A stretch of DNA of 64,000 bases from Candidatus Cloacimonadales bacterium (GCA_963662655.2 CAXXTU010000002.1:2816001-2880000), one strand, 5' to 3'. Shown: positions 1-9,884, counted from the first letter of the stretch. A program made the numbers and translations. Notes: generated by a model from the sequence alone, not told the origin.

Positions 1-369
1 CTCGAAGAGGCGTTTCCGGGTGAAGAACGCGAAGAACAGAAGCGCGATATCGACAATAAGCAGCATCCGCAGGAGCTGGAATGTTCCAACCGGAGTGCCC
101 TTGGCAAGAACGGTCATCGAGTTGTATAGCTCTTCGCTACCGTAGATGACTTTCTCTTCCCCTTGTTCTTCGATGAATTTGTCGCGCTGGAAGTCTTCGG
201 TGATCCTGTCGGAAAGTACGAATTCGTGCGGTGTGTTTCGGAAAACGAACTTGCCGTTCTCGTCAAAACCGATTTGGATTTGTTTGTTGAGAAAACCCGA
301 GAGGGCAAGAAGAATGATTTCAATGACTGCGAAAATGATGATTAATCGGAGAATTCCGCCTTTCTTCAT
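1..369 (-). CDS. atpB: F0F1 ATP synthase subunit a, 5' part (runs off window edge)
   Basis: Own translation from ATG at 369: MKKGGILRLIIIFAVIEIILLALSG...MLLIVDIALLFFAFFTRKRLFE; hydrophobic helices, directly follows atpZ/atpI-like genes. Confidence 0.7.
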   Translation of the reverse strand, partial: MKKGGILRLIIIFAVIEIILLALSGFLNKQIQIGFDENGKFVFRNTPHEFVLSDRITEDFQRDKFIEEQGEEKVIYGSEELYNSMTVLAKGTPVGTFQLLRMLLIVDIALLFFAFFTRKRLFE

Positions 370-370
370 T

Positions 371-754
371 CTATCCCCTGAAGTATTTATTGTTTTTCAA
401 ACTATGCCAGCCGGCATGGATATAGATCGCAATTTGATACGAGAGCAAACCGATGCCGAATAAAAGTATATCCGGTTTTAGAAATTTTACAACCACTATG
501 GAATATAAAATCAGAACAACATATTTCAAGTAGTAGGTTTGAAGGGCTTTCACCCCTGCTTTACCGGAAGCAACGTCAAGGACCTGTTTTGTATCTCGTA
601 CCAGCAGTAGAAAATAGATGATGCTGGCGATAGAGCCGAGTAAAAAACCCAGCGCCTGTTTGAAAAACAATGGTAAACTCAACGCTGCAAGAACGTCTGT
701 CAAGAAAATAATCGCAAGTATTTGTTTTACTAATTGTCGTGGTTTTTCGAGCAT
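371..754 (-). CDS. atpI: ATP synthase protein I (4-TM AtpI)
   Basis: Start trimmed to MLEKPRQ; four hydrophobic segments with GFLLGS..S motif; position before atpB. Confidence 0.7.
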   Translation of the reverse strand: MLEKPRQLVKQILAIIFLTDVLAALSLPLFFKQALGFLLGSIASIIYFLLLVRDTKQVLDVASGKAGVKALQTYYLKYVVLILYSIVVVKFLKPDILLFGIGLLSYQIAIYIHAGWHSLKNNKYFRG

Positions 755-780
755 TGTGCATTTCCAGTTGAAAAATGAAT

Positions 781-1065
781 TTATTTGTCCTGTTTCAGCT
801 CTTCTTCGAGCTTCTCTTCTTTGGGCCCCATTGCGTTCTTGTAAAGTTTGATGGCCGCGAGCCATCCCATAATCAGCCCGAAGAGTATTCCGAAGGGCGC
901 TACCGCGTTCTTCGCCTCGAAAATCCGGTCGATCAGCAGAAAGAGCAGGAAGCCCACCAGCATGGAAATAAAGATGGTGAAAATCAATTGCGGTATCAGC
1001 GACCATACCTTAGTGTATGCTTTATCGCTCGCACTGGATCGTAGTTTCCGTGTAACCCTGAACAT
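781..1065 (-). CDS. AtpZ/AtpI-family small membrane protein (ATP synthase gene 1)
   Basis: Two TM helices with G..ID..F and G...G pattern, upstream of atpI. Confidence 0.65.
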   Translation of the reverse strand: MFRVTRKLRSSASDKAYTKVWSLIPQLIFTIFISMLVGFLLFLLIDRIFEAKNAVAPFGILFGLIMGWLAAIKLYKNAMGPKEEKLEEELKQDK

Positions 1066-1440
1066 TTACTCAGCCTTTTTTGTATTCTGCTTCTCGGCAG
1101 AATGGCAATCGGTCATGGAGCAGTTCCCGTTTAAAACGGCTCCGGCATGAATTCGCAAAATTCTTGCGATGATGTTTCCGTTCACGCGGGCGCTCCGCTC
1201 GAGCTCGAGCTGATCCTGTACCTGGATGTCGCCGTCTACAGTGCCGGAGACCAGGCATTCCTTCGCTTTGAGCTCGGATTTGGCGACGCCGGACGTACCA
1301 ATCAGAATGAATCCGTCGGAATGGATGGAGCCTTCCACCTCGCCGTCGACGCGGATTCCGCCTTTGATATCGAGAGTACCTTTTACCACGCTCCCCTTAC
1401 CGATCATGGTCGAGAGCTCGATCTTGCGATTCTTTTCCAT
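1066..1440 (-). CDS. Bactofilin (polymer-forming cytoskeletal protein, CcmA family)
   Basis: TMIGKGSVVKGTL...IRVDGEVEG...GAVLNGNCSM beta-helix signature. Confidence 0.9.
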   Translation of the reverse strand: MEKNRKIELSTMIGKGSVVKGTLDIKGGIRVDGEVEGSIHSDGFILIGTSGVAKSELKAKECLVSGTVDGDIQVQDQLELERSARVNGNIIARILRIHAGAVLNGNCSMTDCHSAEKQNTKKAE

Positions 1441-2146
1441 ACGATTGTCCCTTTATTTCTTTTTTTTCGATCATTGTCAACGGGTCGATATTTTCTCCCT
1501 TATACAGAATTTCATAGTGAAGATGCGGATCGGTGCTATTGCCCGTGTTTCCTACGTAGGCGATGGTCTCGCCTTTTTCCACGAATGTTCGCGATGGAAA
1601 GAACGTGCGATTCAAGTGCGCGTACATCGTAATGTAGTCGTTCAGGTGATCGATGATCAGTACGTTGCCGAAATACTGGTCTTCGTAAACCGATTTGATC
1701 ACCCCCGCGCCAGTCGCCACGACCTCCGTCCCCATCGCCGCGGCGAAATCGACCGCACGGTGATCTTTACCGAATTTGCGGGAAATAACATATTCACCAC
1801 GGATCGGATTCATGTCCGGAACCATGCGCTTCTTCATCTCCAGTTGATGAAGTTCGCTGCGCAATTCCTGCGTGGTGATCTCGGGTTTCAGCGGAGCTTC
1901 GCCTTTGTCTTTGAAATAGTCGTCGAGGAGCTTGTTCAGGCTTTCCTGTCGTGGGATTTCCGGCATGTTGGGGTGTCTTCGAGCCATTTCGTTCATACGA
2001 ACTTGAAGCGAATCGTTACGGCGCTCCAGTTGCTCGCTCTTGAACTCCGACTTACGTATTCGCCCTTTCAGGCTCGCGACTTCCGACGCCAGAAATATCA
2101 TGATCGCGATGGAAAATATCAACAGCCCGATGAGATAGCGTTTCAT
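1397..2146 (-). CDS. M23 family metallopeptidase with N-terminal TM and coiled coil
   Basis: HRAVD, YAHL, GNTGNSTDPHLHYE motifs. Confidence 0.9.
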   Translation of the reverse strand: MKRYLIGLLIFSIAIMIFLASEVASLKGRIRKSEFKSEQLERRNDSLQVRMNEMARRHPNMPEIPRQESLNKLLDDYFKDKGEAPLKPEITTQELRSELHQLEMKKRMVPDMNPIRGEYVISRKFGKDHRAVDFAAAMGTEVVATGAGVIKSVYEDQYFGNVLIIDHLNDYITMYAHLNRTFFPSRTFVEKGETIAYVGNTGNSTDPHLHYEILYKGENIDPLTMIEKKEIKGQSYGKESQDRALDHDR

Positions 2147-2156
2147 AACGGACGCG

Positions 2157-3017
2157 CTACTCGTCCTGGAACTTTCGTAGCCGTTCCAGCAGCGCGATTC
2201 TCTCCTCCTCGCTGGAGTAGTGGAAAACGACCTTTCCTTTTTTGGGATTCCCTTTGATACTTACTTTGACTTGAAAACGTTCCTTCAGTTGCTTTTGAAC
2301 CTGCCGGATCAGATCGGGGAAGAATCCCTTTTTCTCATCCGGTTCTTTCGTCTTTTTTCCTTCGACGATCAGCTTCGCTTCCCGTTCCGTTTGCCGTACC
2401 GACCAGCCCTTTGCGGACGCTTCCTGCGCGAAATCGGTTTGCCGCTCCGGTTCGAGCTGGAGAACGGCCCTTGCGTGACCGGCGGAAAGAGTGCCGTCCA
2501 GAAGCATCTTCTGCACATCCTCGTTCAGCTTAAGAAGGCGGAGCGAGTTCGATATCGTCACCCTGTCCTTTCCGATAATCTCGGATATCTGGGCATGTGT
2601 CAAGCTAAATTCATCGTGCAGAACATGATACGCTTGAGCCTCCTCGATGGGGTTGAGGTCCTCGCGCTGGATGTTCTCGATGATGGCGAATTGAAGCTGT
2701 TCCTTCTTGGTTACGCTGCGGATGATGACGGGGACTTCGTCGAACCCCGCCAGCTTTGACGCTTGCAGTCTGCGCTCCCCGGCGATCAGCTCGTAGTGGG
2801 TTTGGTCCCTCTTGGTAACGATAATCGGCTGTATCATGCCGTTCTCCTTGAGGGATTGCGCGAGGTCTTCCAGTTTGTCCTGCGCGAATGTCTTGCGCGG
2901 CTGGTAGGCGTTCGGGAATATATGCTCCACACGGACGGTGGTAATGCCGGTGCTTCGGTCCGTTGCTTCGGGACCGTCGTTGATCAATGACTCGATTCCT
3001 CTTCCTAATCTGCTCAT
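2157..3017 (-). CDS. parB: Chromosome partitioning protein ParB/Spo0J
   Basis: LGRGIESLI N-terminal peptide, GERRLQA box, ENIQREDLNPIEEA; start at MSRLG. Confidence 0.95.
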   Translation of the reverse strand: MSRLGRGIESLINDGPEATDRSTGITTVRVEHIFPNAYQPRKTFAQDKLEDLAQSLKENGMIQPIIVTKRDQTHYELIAGERRLQASKLAGFDEVPVIIRSVTKKEQLQFAIIENIQREDLNPIEEAQAYHVLHDEFSLTHAQISEIIGKDRVTISNSLRLLKLNEDVQKMLLDGTLSAGHARAVLQLEPERQTDFAQEASAKGWSVRQTEREAKLIVEGKKTKEPDEKKGFFPDLIRQVQKQLKERFQVKVSIKGNPKKGKVVFHYSSEEERIALLERLRKFQDE

Positions 3018-3772
3018 CTTTCTATCACTTCGGCTGCCAGCGAGAAATAATCTCCTGCGCCTTTGCATTTTATATCGTAATGGAATATGGATTGCCCGAA
3101 GCTGGGCGCCTCGCTCAGCTTGACATTCCTGTGAATGACCGTTTTGAAAACCTTGTCGCCAAAGTAACGCCGCACCTCTTTCGCTACCTGGTTGGAAAGG
3201 TTGAGACGGCGATCGTACATCGTGAGAAGCACGCCCAGGATGCGCAGATTCGGGTTCAGGTTCTTCTGAATGAGCCTGATGGTATTCAGGAGCTGGCTAA
3301 CCCCCTCGAGGGCGTAGTATTCGCACTGAATGGGGATGAGCACGTCGGTGCAGGCGGTCAGCGCGTTGACGGTCAGAAGCCCCAGAGATGGCGGGCAATC
3401 GATTACGATATATTCATAATTGTCCTGCACGGGCTCCAGCGCGCTCTTGAGGCGTTGCTCGCGCGCAAACTCTTTCACCAGTTCTATTTCCGCGCCCACG
3501 AGATCGATGTTCGTCGGGGCGATACTCAGCTTGTCAATGTACGTTGGCCGGATGATCTCGGCCATTGCCTTCTTTTGAATGAGAACGTCGTAGATATGGT
3601 TTTTCAATTCCTTGGTATCGAGCCCGATGCCGCTGGTCGCGTTCCCCTGCGGATCGAAATCGACCATGAGTGTATTCTTTTCGTGAATTCCGAGCGCAGC
3701 GGAGAGGTTGACCGCCGAGGTGGTTTTTCCCACGCCGCCTTTTTGATTAACGACCGTAATAATTTTCTTCAT
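3014..3772 (-). CDS. parA: Chromosome partitioning ATPase ParA/Soj
   Basis: NQKGGVGKTT deviant Walker A, DPQGNATSG, DCPPSLG. Confidence 0.95.
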   Translation of the reverse strand: MKKIITVVNQKGGVGKTTSAVNLSAALGIHEKNTLMVDFDPQGNATSGIGLDTKELKNHIYDVLIQKKAMAEIIRPTYIDKLSIAPTNIDLVGAEIELVKEFAREQRLKSALEPVQDNYEYIVIDCPPSLGLLTVNALTACTDVLIPIQCEYYALEGVSQLLNTIRLIQKNLNPNLRILGVLLTMYDRRLNLSNQVAKEVRRYFGDKVFKTVIHRNVKLSEAPSFGQSIFHYDIKCKGAGDYFSLAAEVIER

Positions 3773-3827
3773 GCAGTACTCTATATTCTATAAGCAAGTT
3801 TATCGTTATTCATTGAGCATGAGAGCA

Positions 3828-4478
3828 TTAGCGCTTCCATACTCCGATTCTTCTATCGCCTAACGCAGGATGTGAAACATCCAGAAATTCGATTCCAGCA
3901 AACGGCTTCAAATCGTCAATCTCTTTCGCTTTGTAAAACAGCAATCTTCCGCCGCGTTTCACAAGTTTTTTCAGCGTGGATGCAAAGCGAGGCTCGATCT
4001 TGACCGATCGGCAAACGATGGTGTCGTACCGTCCAGAGAACCTCCGCATGTCCAGCTCTTCCAGGCGCGAACTGATTGTTCGGGCATTGGTCAGTCCGAG
4101 ATTTTCGATGATCTCTCCCACGGCGTCGCACTTCTTCTTCCGGGAGTCAAGCAGCTCCATCCGGCAGGTGGGATAGAGTATTCTCAGCGGAATGCCGGGA
4201 AGTCCGCCGCCCGTCCCGAAGTCGAGGATCCGCTCGTTGTGGAAATCGAAGAACCGGGCGGGTGTGATGGAATCGAGGTAGTGCTTCGTCCAGTAATCGT
4301 CCAGGGACGTTGCACGTGAAACAAGATTGATCCGTGCGTTTGTTTCCACAAGTAGCTCATGATAGCGATCGAAGAGCGGCAATACGCTTTTGAGATCGAA
4401 TTTCCCCATATCTGCCATAAAATCAACGAATTGCACTCTCTGATTCAATCTGTTCACCTGCCTGAAATCTTTTTTCAA
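3828..4478 (-). CDS. rsmG: 16S rRNA m7G527 methyltransferase RsmG (start may be 4418)
   Basis: HYLDS, LDFGTGGGLPGIP SAM motif, upstream of parAB. Confidence 0.92.
   Translation of the reverse strand: MKKDFRQVNRLNQRVQFVDFMADMGKFDLKSVLPLFDRYHELLVETNARINLVSRATSLDDYWTKHYLDSITPARFFDFHNERILDFGTGGGLPGIPLRILYPTCRMELLDSRKKKCDAVGEIIENLGLTNARTISSRLEELDMRRFSGRYDTIVCRSVKIEPRFASTLKKLVKRGGRLLFYKAKEIDDLKPFAGIEFLDVSHPALGDRRIGVWKR
4308..4323. promoter_or_regulatory. parS centromere-like site inside rsmG
   Basis: CGTTGCACGTGAAACA vs consensus TGTTNCACGTGAAACA, about 0.5 kb from parAB. Confidence 0.75.
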
Positions 4479-4564
4479 AGATTGATGATGGCGAAAAAAC
4501 GGTCAAATGAAATGTGCAAACGGTAGAAAAACGCTATAAAATTAAGGCACGTTAATATGGTGGC

Positions 4565-5779
4565 TTATATCCTCCACTGGAGTTGCATGTTCGCACCGCC
4601 AAAACCGTCGATGGAGGGCTCGTGGCTCACGCTCAGCTTCAGGAAGGCGTTGTTGACGAACTCCCAGGACCACCCGAGGAAAAGCTTTTGCTCCCATTTC
4701 GGATCAGAGCCAAAGAAGAATTTTTTTGCTTCGTGAATTCTCCTCTGACTACCCAGACAACCGCCTTCCCATGTGCCCAGTGGTGTTTTCCATACACCAA
4801 TCAACTGATAGAGCATCTCAACCCGGTACAGTATGTCGGTATTGAAGAAACCGTTTTCGGGGCAACGTTCCCGGTATTTCAAAAGGACATAACGGAATCC
4901 CGGCTTCAATCTTGTTTTTTCCGTAAGTGTAAGATCCCAATGGAATCCGCACTGATAGAGGTAGATGCTGCGGCGAACGGAATAATCCGTATCGAGACGG
5001 GTGTCGTGATCGTAGTATTCATCGAAACGCATATCGAAGCTGTATAGGCTCCCGCCTTTGGAGTTGCGCGTGATGCGAATCAGGGCATAGCGCTCGTAAT
5101 GCTCGAGTTGGGTTGTATCGAGCGAATCCCCGGCGGAAAAAGTTCTTCTGTAGCCGTTTGTCCAGTATCCTTCGCTGTAGAAGCGCACGTCTCCATTCCA
5201 CGGGTGCATGGCCCAGCGAACGCCGAAAGGTTCGCGCTTGGTTTCCCCTTTCGCCTCGTTCTTCTCGTCGTAAACGAAGTCCTCGTAAACAAGTGTTGTC
5301 CGGAAATACCTCGTGCGGGTTGAGTCCGCGATCATGAATCCGGCTACGGCATCCACGTCCTCTTTGTCGTATTCGGGATTCGCGCCCACGAATACGGAGA
5401 ACCAGGGAAAGACCCTCGCTTCCATCTCCATGGACATGATTTCCTTATCCTCGGGCCAATGCTGGAAACTCTGACGATCGTATCGTCCACGGAAGGTGAA
5501 GTAGTCGTTGAGATCATGATTCATCTGAGCCTGGACATCGGTATTGAGGCGATTGAGAGAGACGCTTCCGATGTTCATGCGGAATTGCGTGTCTGCGTAC
5601 TGGTGCAGCTCCCAGTCCGTGACCTGCTTCACATCGTACAGGTAGGTGGCAAAAGGATGCAGAAACAATCTTGGCGAGAAGATTTCCTGCTCAAACTCCC
5701 ATTCCTCCGCGCCGAGCATCGCGATCTGCAGGAAGAGAAGGCAGAAAAGAGCGCTGTATTTGAATGTGTTTGATCTCAT
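4565..5779 (-). CDS. Exported hypothetical protein, probable outer-membrane beta-barrel
   Basis: Signal peptide MRSNTFKYSALFCLLFLQIAMLGA; aromatic alternating strands; C-terminal MQLQWRI. Confidence 0.55.
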   Translation of the reverse strand: MRSNTFKYSALFCLLFLQIAMLGAEEWEFEQEIFSPRLFLHPFATYLYDVKQVTDWELHQYADTQFRMNIGSVSLNRLNTDVQAQMNHDLNDYFTFRGRYDRQSFQHWPEDKEIMSMEMEARVFPWFSVFVGANPEYDKEDVDAVAGFMIADSTRTRYFRTTLVYEDFVYDEKNEAKGETKREPFGVRWAMHPWNGDVRFYSEGYWTNGYRRTFSAGDSLDTTQLEHYERYALIRITRNSKGGSLYSFDMRFDEYYDHDTRLDTDYSVRRSIYLYQCGFHWDLTLTEKTRLKPGFRYVLLKYRERCPENGFFNTDILYRVEMLYQLIGVWKTPLGTWEGGCLGSQRRIHEAKKFFFGSDPKWEQKLFLGWSWEFVNNAFLKLSVSHEPSIDGFGGANMQLQWRI

Positions 5780-5994
5780 AACGCCACCTGTCTTCAATAT
5801 TAGTAGAAATTTATGAGAGTTTGCGATGGCTGTCAATAGAATTCTGAGCGACAAAGTTCGGTTCTTAGGCTTTATGTTGTTGAGATGCAACGTGAAATAT
5901 CCTGCTGAAATCCTTTTTCCTTGACGGGAAATTCGCTCATAACATTTTTTATGGTACGAGATGAAAAATGTTTTCAAAATCTCAGGAAGGTGTC

Positions 5995-6669
5995 ATGATT
6001 TATTCAAAACTGCTTTCAAACCATAGCGTAATCGTTCATGGATTCGGCACGGTCAAGGATTCACTGGTGGATGTCCAGAACTCCATCAAGTCGCTGGACG
6101 ACGAAATCAAGCCGGCGTTGATATCGGCCGAACAGGTTCACGACGCACGCGTCGCTGTGGTTCACAACAATATGTACACGGGGAATGCGCCCATCCGTAA
6201 CACCGATGGCATGATCTCCCGCGATCCCTTCGCCGTGATGGTGGTTCGCTCGGCAGACTGCGTTCCGGTATTGATGTACGATCCCGTCAAGCATGTGTGC
6301 GGCGCGCTGCATGCCGGACGCCGCAGCATCGTGAAGGGTATCGTCGAAAACGCGGTGAACATGTTCAAGGGGCGTTTCAGCAGCCAGGCGGAAAACCTGA
6401 TCGTCGTGCTGGGACCATCGATCTGCAAGAAACATTACATGGTCGACGAAAAAACCCAGAGCATCTTTGTTACCGTAACCGGCCTGAAGCAGGATAAAGG
6501 TGTGATCGACCTCTCTGGCGCGATCAAGACGAAACTGCTTGCGCTGGGACTTTCCGAAGAGAATATTGAAGTAATCGATATTTGCACCTTCGAGAACGAT
6601 GAATTTTATTCTTACCGCAAGAAAAAAGGCGAGCAGCGCCAATACTCTTTTATCGGGCTGAAGAAATGA
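5995..6669 (+). CDS. pgeF: YfiH/PgeF (laccase-domain, purine nucleoside phosphorylase-like) protein
   Basis: QVH, DG, SADCVPVL, HAG, GPSIC, YSYR motifs. Confidence 0.9.
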   Translation: MIYSKLLSNHSVIVHGFGTVKDSLVDVQNSIKSLDDEIKPALISAEQVHDARVAVVHNNMYTGNAPIRNTDGMISRDPFAVMVVRSADCVPVLMYDPVKHVCGALHAGRRSIVKGIVENAVNMFKGRFSSQAENLIVVLGPSICKKHYMVDEKTQSIFVTVTGLKQDKGVIDLSGAIKTKLLALGLSEENIEVIDICTFENDEFYSYRKKKGEQRQYSFIGLKK

Positions 6670-7982
6670 GCGAAATGATTTCCGATCCGCAAGGACTCAT
6701 AACCATCCAGATCAGGGAAGACGGAGCCTGGATGACCATGCTGAACGGCAGCCAGCTTGTCAGCGAGGAAACCATTATCAACATGCTCGACGAGGCGGGG
6801 ATCATCGAAGGATACGATCGCGCAAGAGTTTACATGAACGAGAAGGGCGCTGAGCGCAACTTCGGTGAGCCTTTCCCGGTTGCGCTCAACCAGATGCCTT
6901 CGGAACCACAGGTGGAATTCTCGCTCCTCTTCAATCTGGAAAACTGCATCGATCCCGAGCATTTCAATCTGAGCGAGCTGGAAGGGTTGCAAACCGCGGA
7001 CATCGGAACCCCGCTGGCGCATCTGTTTGTCACGCGCTCCGGACGCCCGGGGCAGAGCATCTTCGGCGAGCCGATTCTACCGACCATGGATGACGAGGAT
7101 ATCCTCGAATCGAAGATCGGCGAGAACGTGGAATACAACGCCGACCAGAGCCATATCCAAGCCACTGCTCCCGGATATCCGTACGTCGATGATGACGGCA
7201 GGGTATGCGTGAAGAGCGATTTCATCGTTGAGGGCGATATCGATCTGAACCAGGAGAATTTCTATCTGCACGGCAATCTGATCGTGTTCGGCAATATCCA
7301 GGACAAGATCAACATCGAACTCTCCGGCGATCTCCAGGCAAACGGGGATGTTATCGATTCCTCGATCCGTGCGAAGGGGAACATCAAAATCAACGGCGAT
7401 ATCCTCAACTGCCAGAAAATAGGCGTTGTCTCCGAGGGAAGCATCGAGTTCGACACGGCGGAAAACGCCTTCCTCATGGCGAAGGACAGGATCAAATTCA
7501 AGGAGCACGCCAATTTCTGCAAGCTGATCAGCGAAAAAGGAATCAAGGGCGATCCCGAGACGAGCTCGATCGTCGGCGGGATGGTTCACAGCGGAAGCGA
7601 CGTGGAAGTGGCCGTGCTGGGCAGTACCGGCGCGATCGGAACCGATGTGGAGATCACCATCAGCCCGTTCATCAAGGAGAGGATGCTTCAGCTCACCAAG
7701 AAGATGACGGCGCTCAAGATGGACGAGCTCGAGAACGCAGAAGAGATTCTGAGGGTGACCGGAGAGCTTGAGGATCTGGAGAACAAACTGGAAGAGGAGA
7801 TCAATCAGACCCTCCTCTCCGAAGAAACAAAACCGAAACATATCGTTGCATATAAAAAGGTGTTTCCCGGAACGTACGTTCGCATCTTGAAGAAGTCACG
7901 CACCATCACCGAGGAGTACGACAAGATATCCTTCTCGCTGGTCGATGGAGAGCTGATCATGGAGTCGTACGTTGTTGACTGA
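6666..7982 (+). CDS. FapA/DUF342 family protein
   Basis: G.PG..IFGEPI, IGENVE, beta-solenoid G.I repeats, coiled coil, VFPGT.V.I C-terminus. Confidence 0.75.
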   Translation: MSEMISDPQGLITIQIREDGAWMTMLNGSQLVSEETIINMLDEAGIIEGYDRARVYMNEKGAERNFGEPFPVALNQMPSEPQVEFSLLFNLENCIDPEHFNLSELEGLQTADIGTPLAHLFVTRSGRPGQSIFGEPILPTMDDEDILESKIGENVEYNADQSHIQATAPGYPYVDDDGRVCVKSDFIVEGDIDLNQENFYLHGNLIVFGNIQDKINIELSGDLQANGDVIDSSIRAKGNIKINGDILNCQKIGVVSEGSIEFDTAENAFLMAKDRIKFKEHANFCKLISEKGIKGDPETSSIVGGMVHSGSDVEVAVLGSTGAIGTDVEITISPFIKERMLQLTKKMTALKMDELENAEEILRVTGELEDLENKLEEEINQTLLSEETKPKHIVAYKKVFPGTYVRILKKSRTITEEYDKISFSLVDGELIMESYVVD

Positions 7983-8020
7983 TAAGTTTTGCTGTTTACG
8001 ATAAACGTAAGATTGGAGCG

Positions 8021-8257
8021 ATGATGATAATTGCCGTGCTTGCAATACTGATTGTGATTGGGATTCTTTCCTACAAAACCTACCGCGCCGAGAAAGAACA
8101 CAACGTGTTCTACTACTACACCGGTGTAGCCGCGTTGATATTCGTGATTGGTGGAAAGTTTTCCCAGGGAACGGCCGGGACACACATCATTCTGGCTGTG
8201 GCATTTCTTTTCGCGCACATGCTGGGCGTGTTTTTCAGGACCTGGAACGAGTGGTAA
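8021..8257 (+). CDS. Small three-TM membrane protein
   Basis: GGAG RBS, hydrophobic 78-aa ORF. Confidence 0.6.
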   Translation: MMIIAVLAILIVIGILSYKTYRAEKEHNVFYYYTGVAALIFVIGGKFSQGTAGTHIILAVAFLFAHMLGVFFRTWNEW

Positions 8258-8343
8258 TATTCATTGCCTTCTATCCAACGACAGGTTTACCTCATTTGAA
8301 AATAAATCGCATCACAATACGATAAAATCAGAAGGAGGAATCT

Positions 8344-9867
8344 ATGGCGATTGTCCTGAACGGTACAGGTTTAACAGTTGAAAAGCTTGTCCAGATAGCA
8401 CGTCACAACGAGAAAGTGGAGCTTCACCCTGACGCGGTGGCTCGCATCAACACCTGTCGCGAGATGCTGGAGAAGAAAATCCGTCAGCATGAAATCATGT
8501 ACGGGGTCAACACCGGAATCGGCGAGTTTTCCGAGGTTGTTCTCAGCGACGAACAGATCAAAGACTTTCAAAAGTATCTGATTTACAATCACGCTGCCGG
8601 TATCGGCGATCCAGCCCCCATCGAGTACGTTCGCGGTGCGATGACAAGCCGCGCCAACATCCTTTCCAAGGGTCACTCCGGTTGCCGACTTCAGATTGTG
8701 GAAACCCTCGTCGCGATGCTCAACGAAGGCGTCACCCCCTACGTGTGCCAGAAGGGTTCCGTAGGCGCGTGTGGCGATCTTGCGCCGATGTCGCAGATTG
8801 CTCTTATGATGATGGGCGAAGGCCACGCCTACTACAAAGGCGAGCTCCTGCCGGGAAGAGAAGCGCTCGACCGCGCCGGAATCCCGGTACCGGGACTCGA
8901 GGCGCGCGACGGACTGGCAACCATCAACGGTTCCAATCTCCTTACGGCCATGAGCGCGATCATGCTTTACGATACCGATCGCTGGCTGCGTCAGGCGGAA
9001 ATTGCCTGCGCGATGAGCCTTGAAGCGCTGATGGCAAACATGAAGCCCTATCACCCGCTTCTCCACGAAATCCGCGGATTCGACGGCGCGCAGCGCGCCG
9101 CAAGGGCGATCCGCACCGTTCTCGAGGGCGGAGACGTCTTCGAGGGCAACCTCAAGATGAAGGTTCAGGACGCCTATTCCATGCGTTCGGCTCCGCAGGT
9201 TATCGGCGCGGCGCATGACCAGGTTCGCTGGGCGAAATCGCAGGTGGAAATCGAACTGAACAACGTCGGCGATAACCCCATCTTCTTCCCAGAACACAAC
9301 ATCCAGCTCTCCGGCGCGAACTTCCAGGGATCGCCGGTTGCCGTTCCCATGGACATGGTGGGGGCGGTCGTGACGATGGTCTCCGTGATGTCCGAGCGAC
9401 GCATGAATCGCCTCAACCACCCGGCGCTGAACATCGGCCTGCCGGCATTCCTCACCAAGGGTGCGGGTATGATGTCCGGCTTGATGCTGAGTCAGTACAC
9501 TGCCGATATGCAAATCGTGGAGCAGAGAATCCTCTCCATGCCGGCCTCGATCCAGTCGATCCCCGCCGCGGCGGACCAGGAAGACTTCGTTTCGATGGGC
9601 ATGAACACCGCGATCAAGAATTTCCAGATCATGGACAACGCGTACGGCATTCTCGGAATCGAATACATGGCGGCGGCGCAGGCCCTCGATTTCAGAGACT
9701 ACAAGCTCGGTAAGGGCACGGGAAAAGCAAAGGAGATCATCCGCAAGTACGTCGATTTCCTCGACGTGGATCGTCCGCTCTATCCCGATCACACCAAGAT
9801 GAAGGAACTGGTTAAATCCTGCGAGATTCTCGAAGCTGTCGAAGCCGAAGTGGGTCCGCTGGTATAA
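8344..9867 (+). CDS. hutH: Aromatic amino acid ammonia-lyase (HAL/PAL family, histidine ammonia-lyase-like)
   Basis: YGVNTGIG, GSVGACGDLAP (MIO triad), QDAYSMRSAPQV, QEDFVSMG; substrate not certain. Confidence 0.8.
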   Translation: MAIVLNGTGLTVEKLVQIARHNEKVELHPDAVARINTCREMLEKKIRQHEIMYGVNTGIGEFSEVVLSDEQIKDFQKYLIYNHAAGIGDPAPIEYVRGAMTSRANILSKGHSGCRLQIVETLVAMLNEGVTPYVCQKGSVGACGDLAPMSQIALMMMGEGHAYYKGELLPGREALDRAGIPVPGLEARDGLATINGSNLLTAMSAIMLYDTDRWLRQAEIACAMSLEALMANMKPYHPLLHEIRGFDGAQRAARAIRTVLEGGDVFEGNLKMKVQDAYSMRSAPQVIGAAHDQVRWAKSQVEIELNNVGDNPIFFPEHNIQLSGANFQGSPVAVPMDMVGAVVTMVSVMSERRMNRLNHPALNIGLPAFLTKGAGMMSGLMLSQYTADMQIVEQRILSMPASIQSIPAAADQEDFVSMGMNTAIKNFQIMDNAYGILGIEYMAAAQALDFRDYKLGKGTGKAKEIIRKYVDFLDVDRPLYPDHTKMKELVKSCEILEAVEAEVGPLV

Positions 9868-9884
9868 ATAATTGATAGCTATCT

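Noticed and set aside
755..1006. N-terminal extensions in the ORF track (371..1006, 2157..3068, 4565..5977, 27608, 55090)
   Set aside because: They overlap neighbouring genes or lack an RBS; downstream ATGs fit family N-termini better
8371..9792. Long antisense ORFs (473 aa here; also 59378..61036, 40608..41825, 41946..42971, 55864..56913, 1226..2257)
   Set aside because: Exact shadows of well-supported genes on the other strand, expected from codon bias; no recognisable motifs
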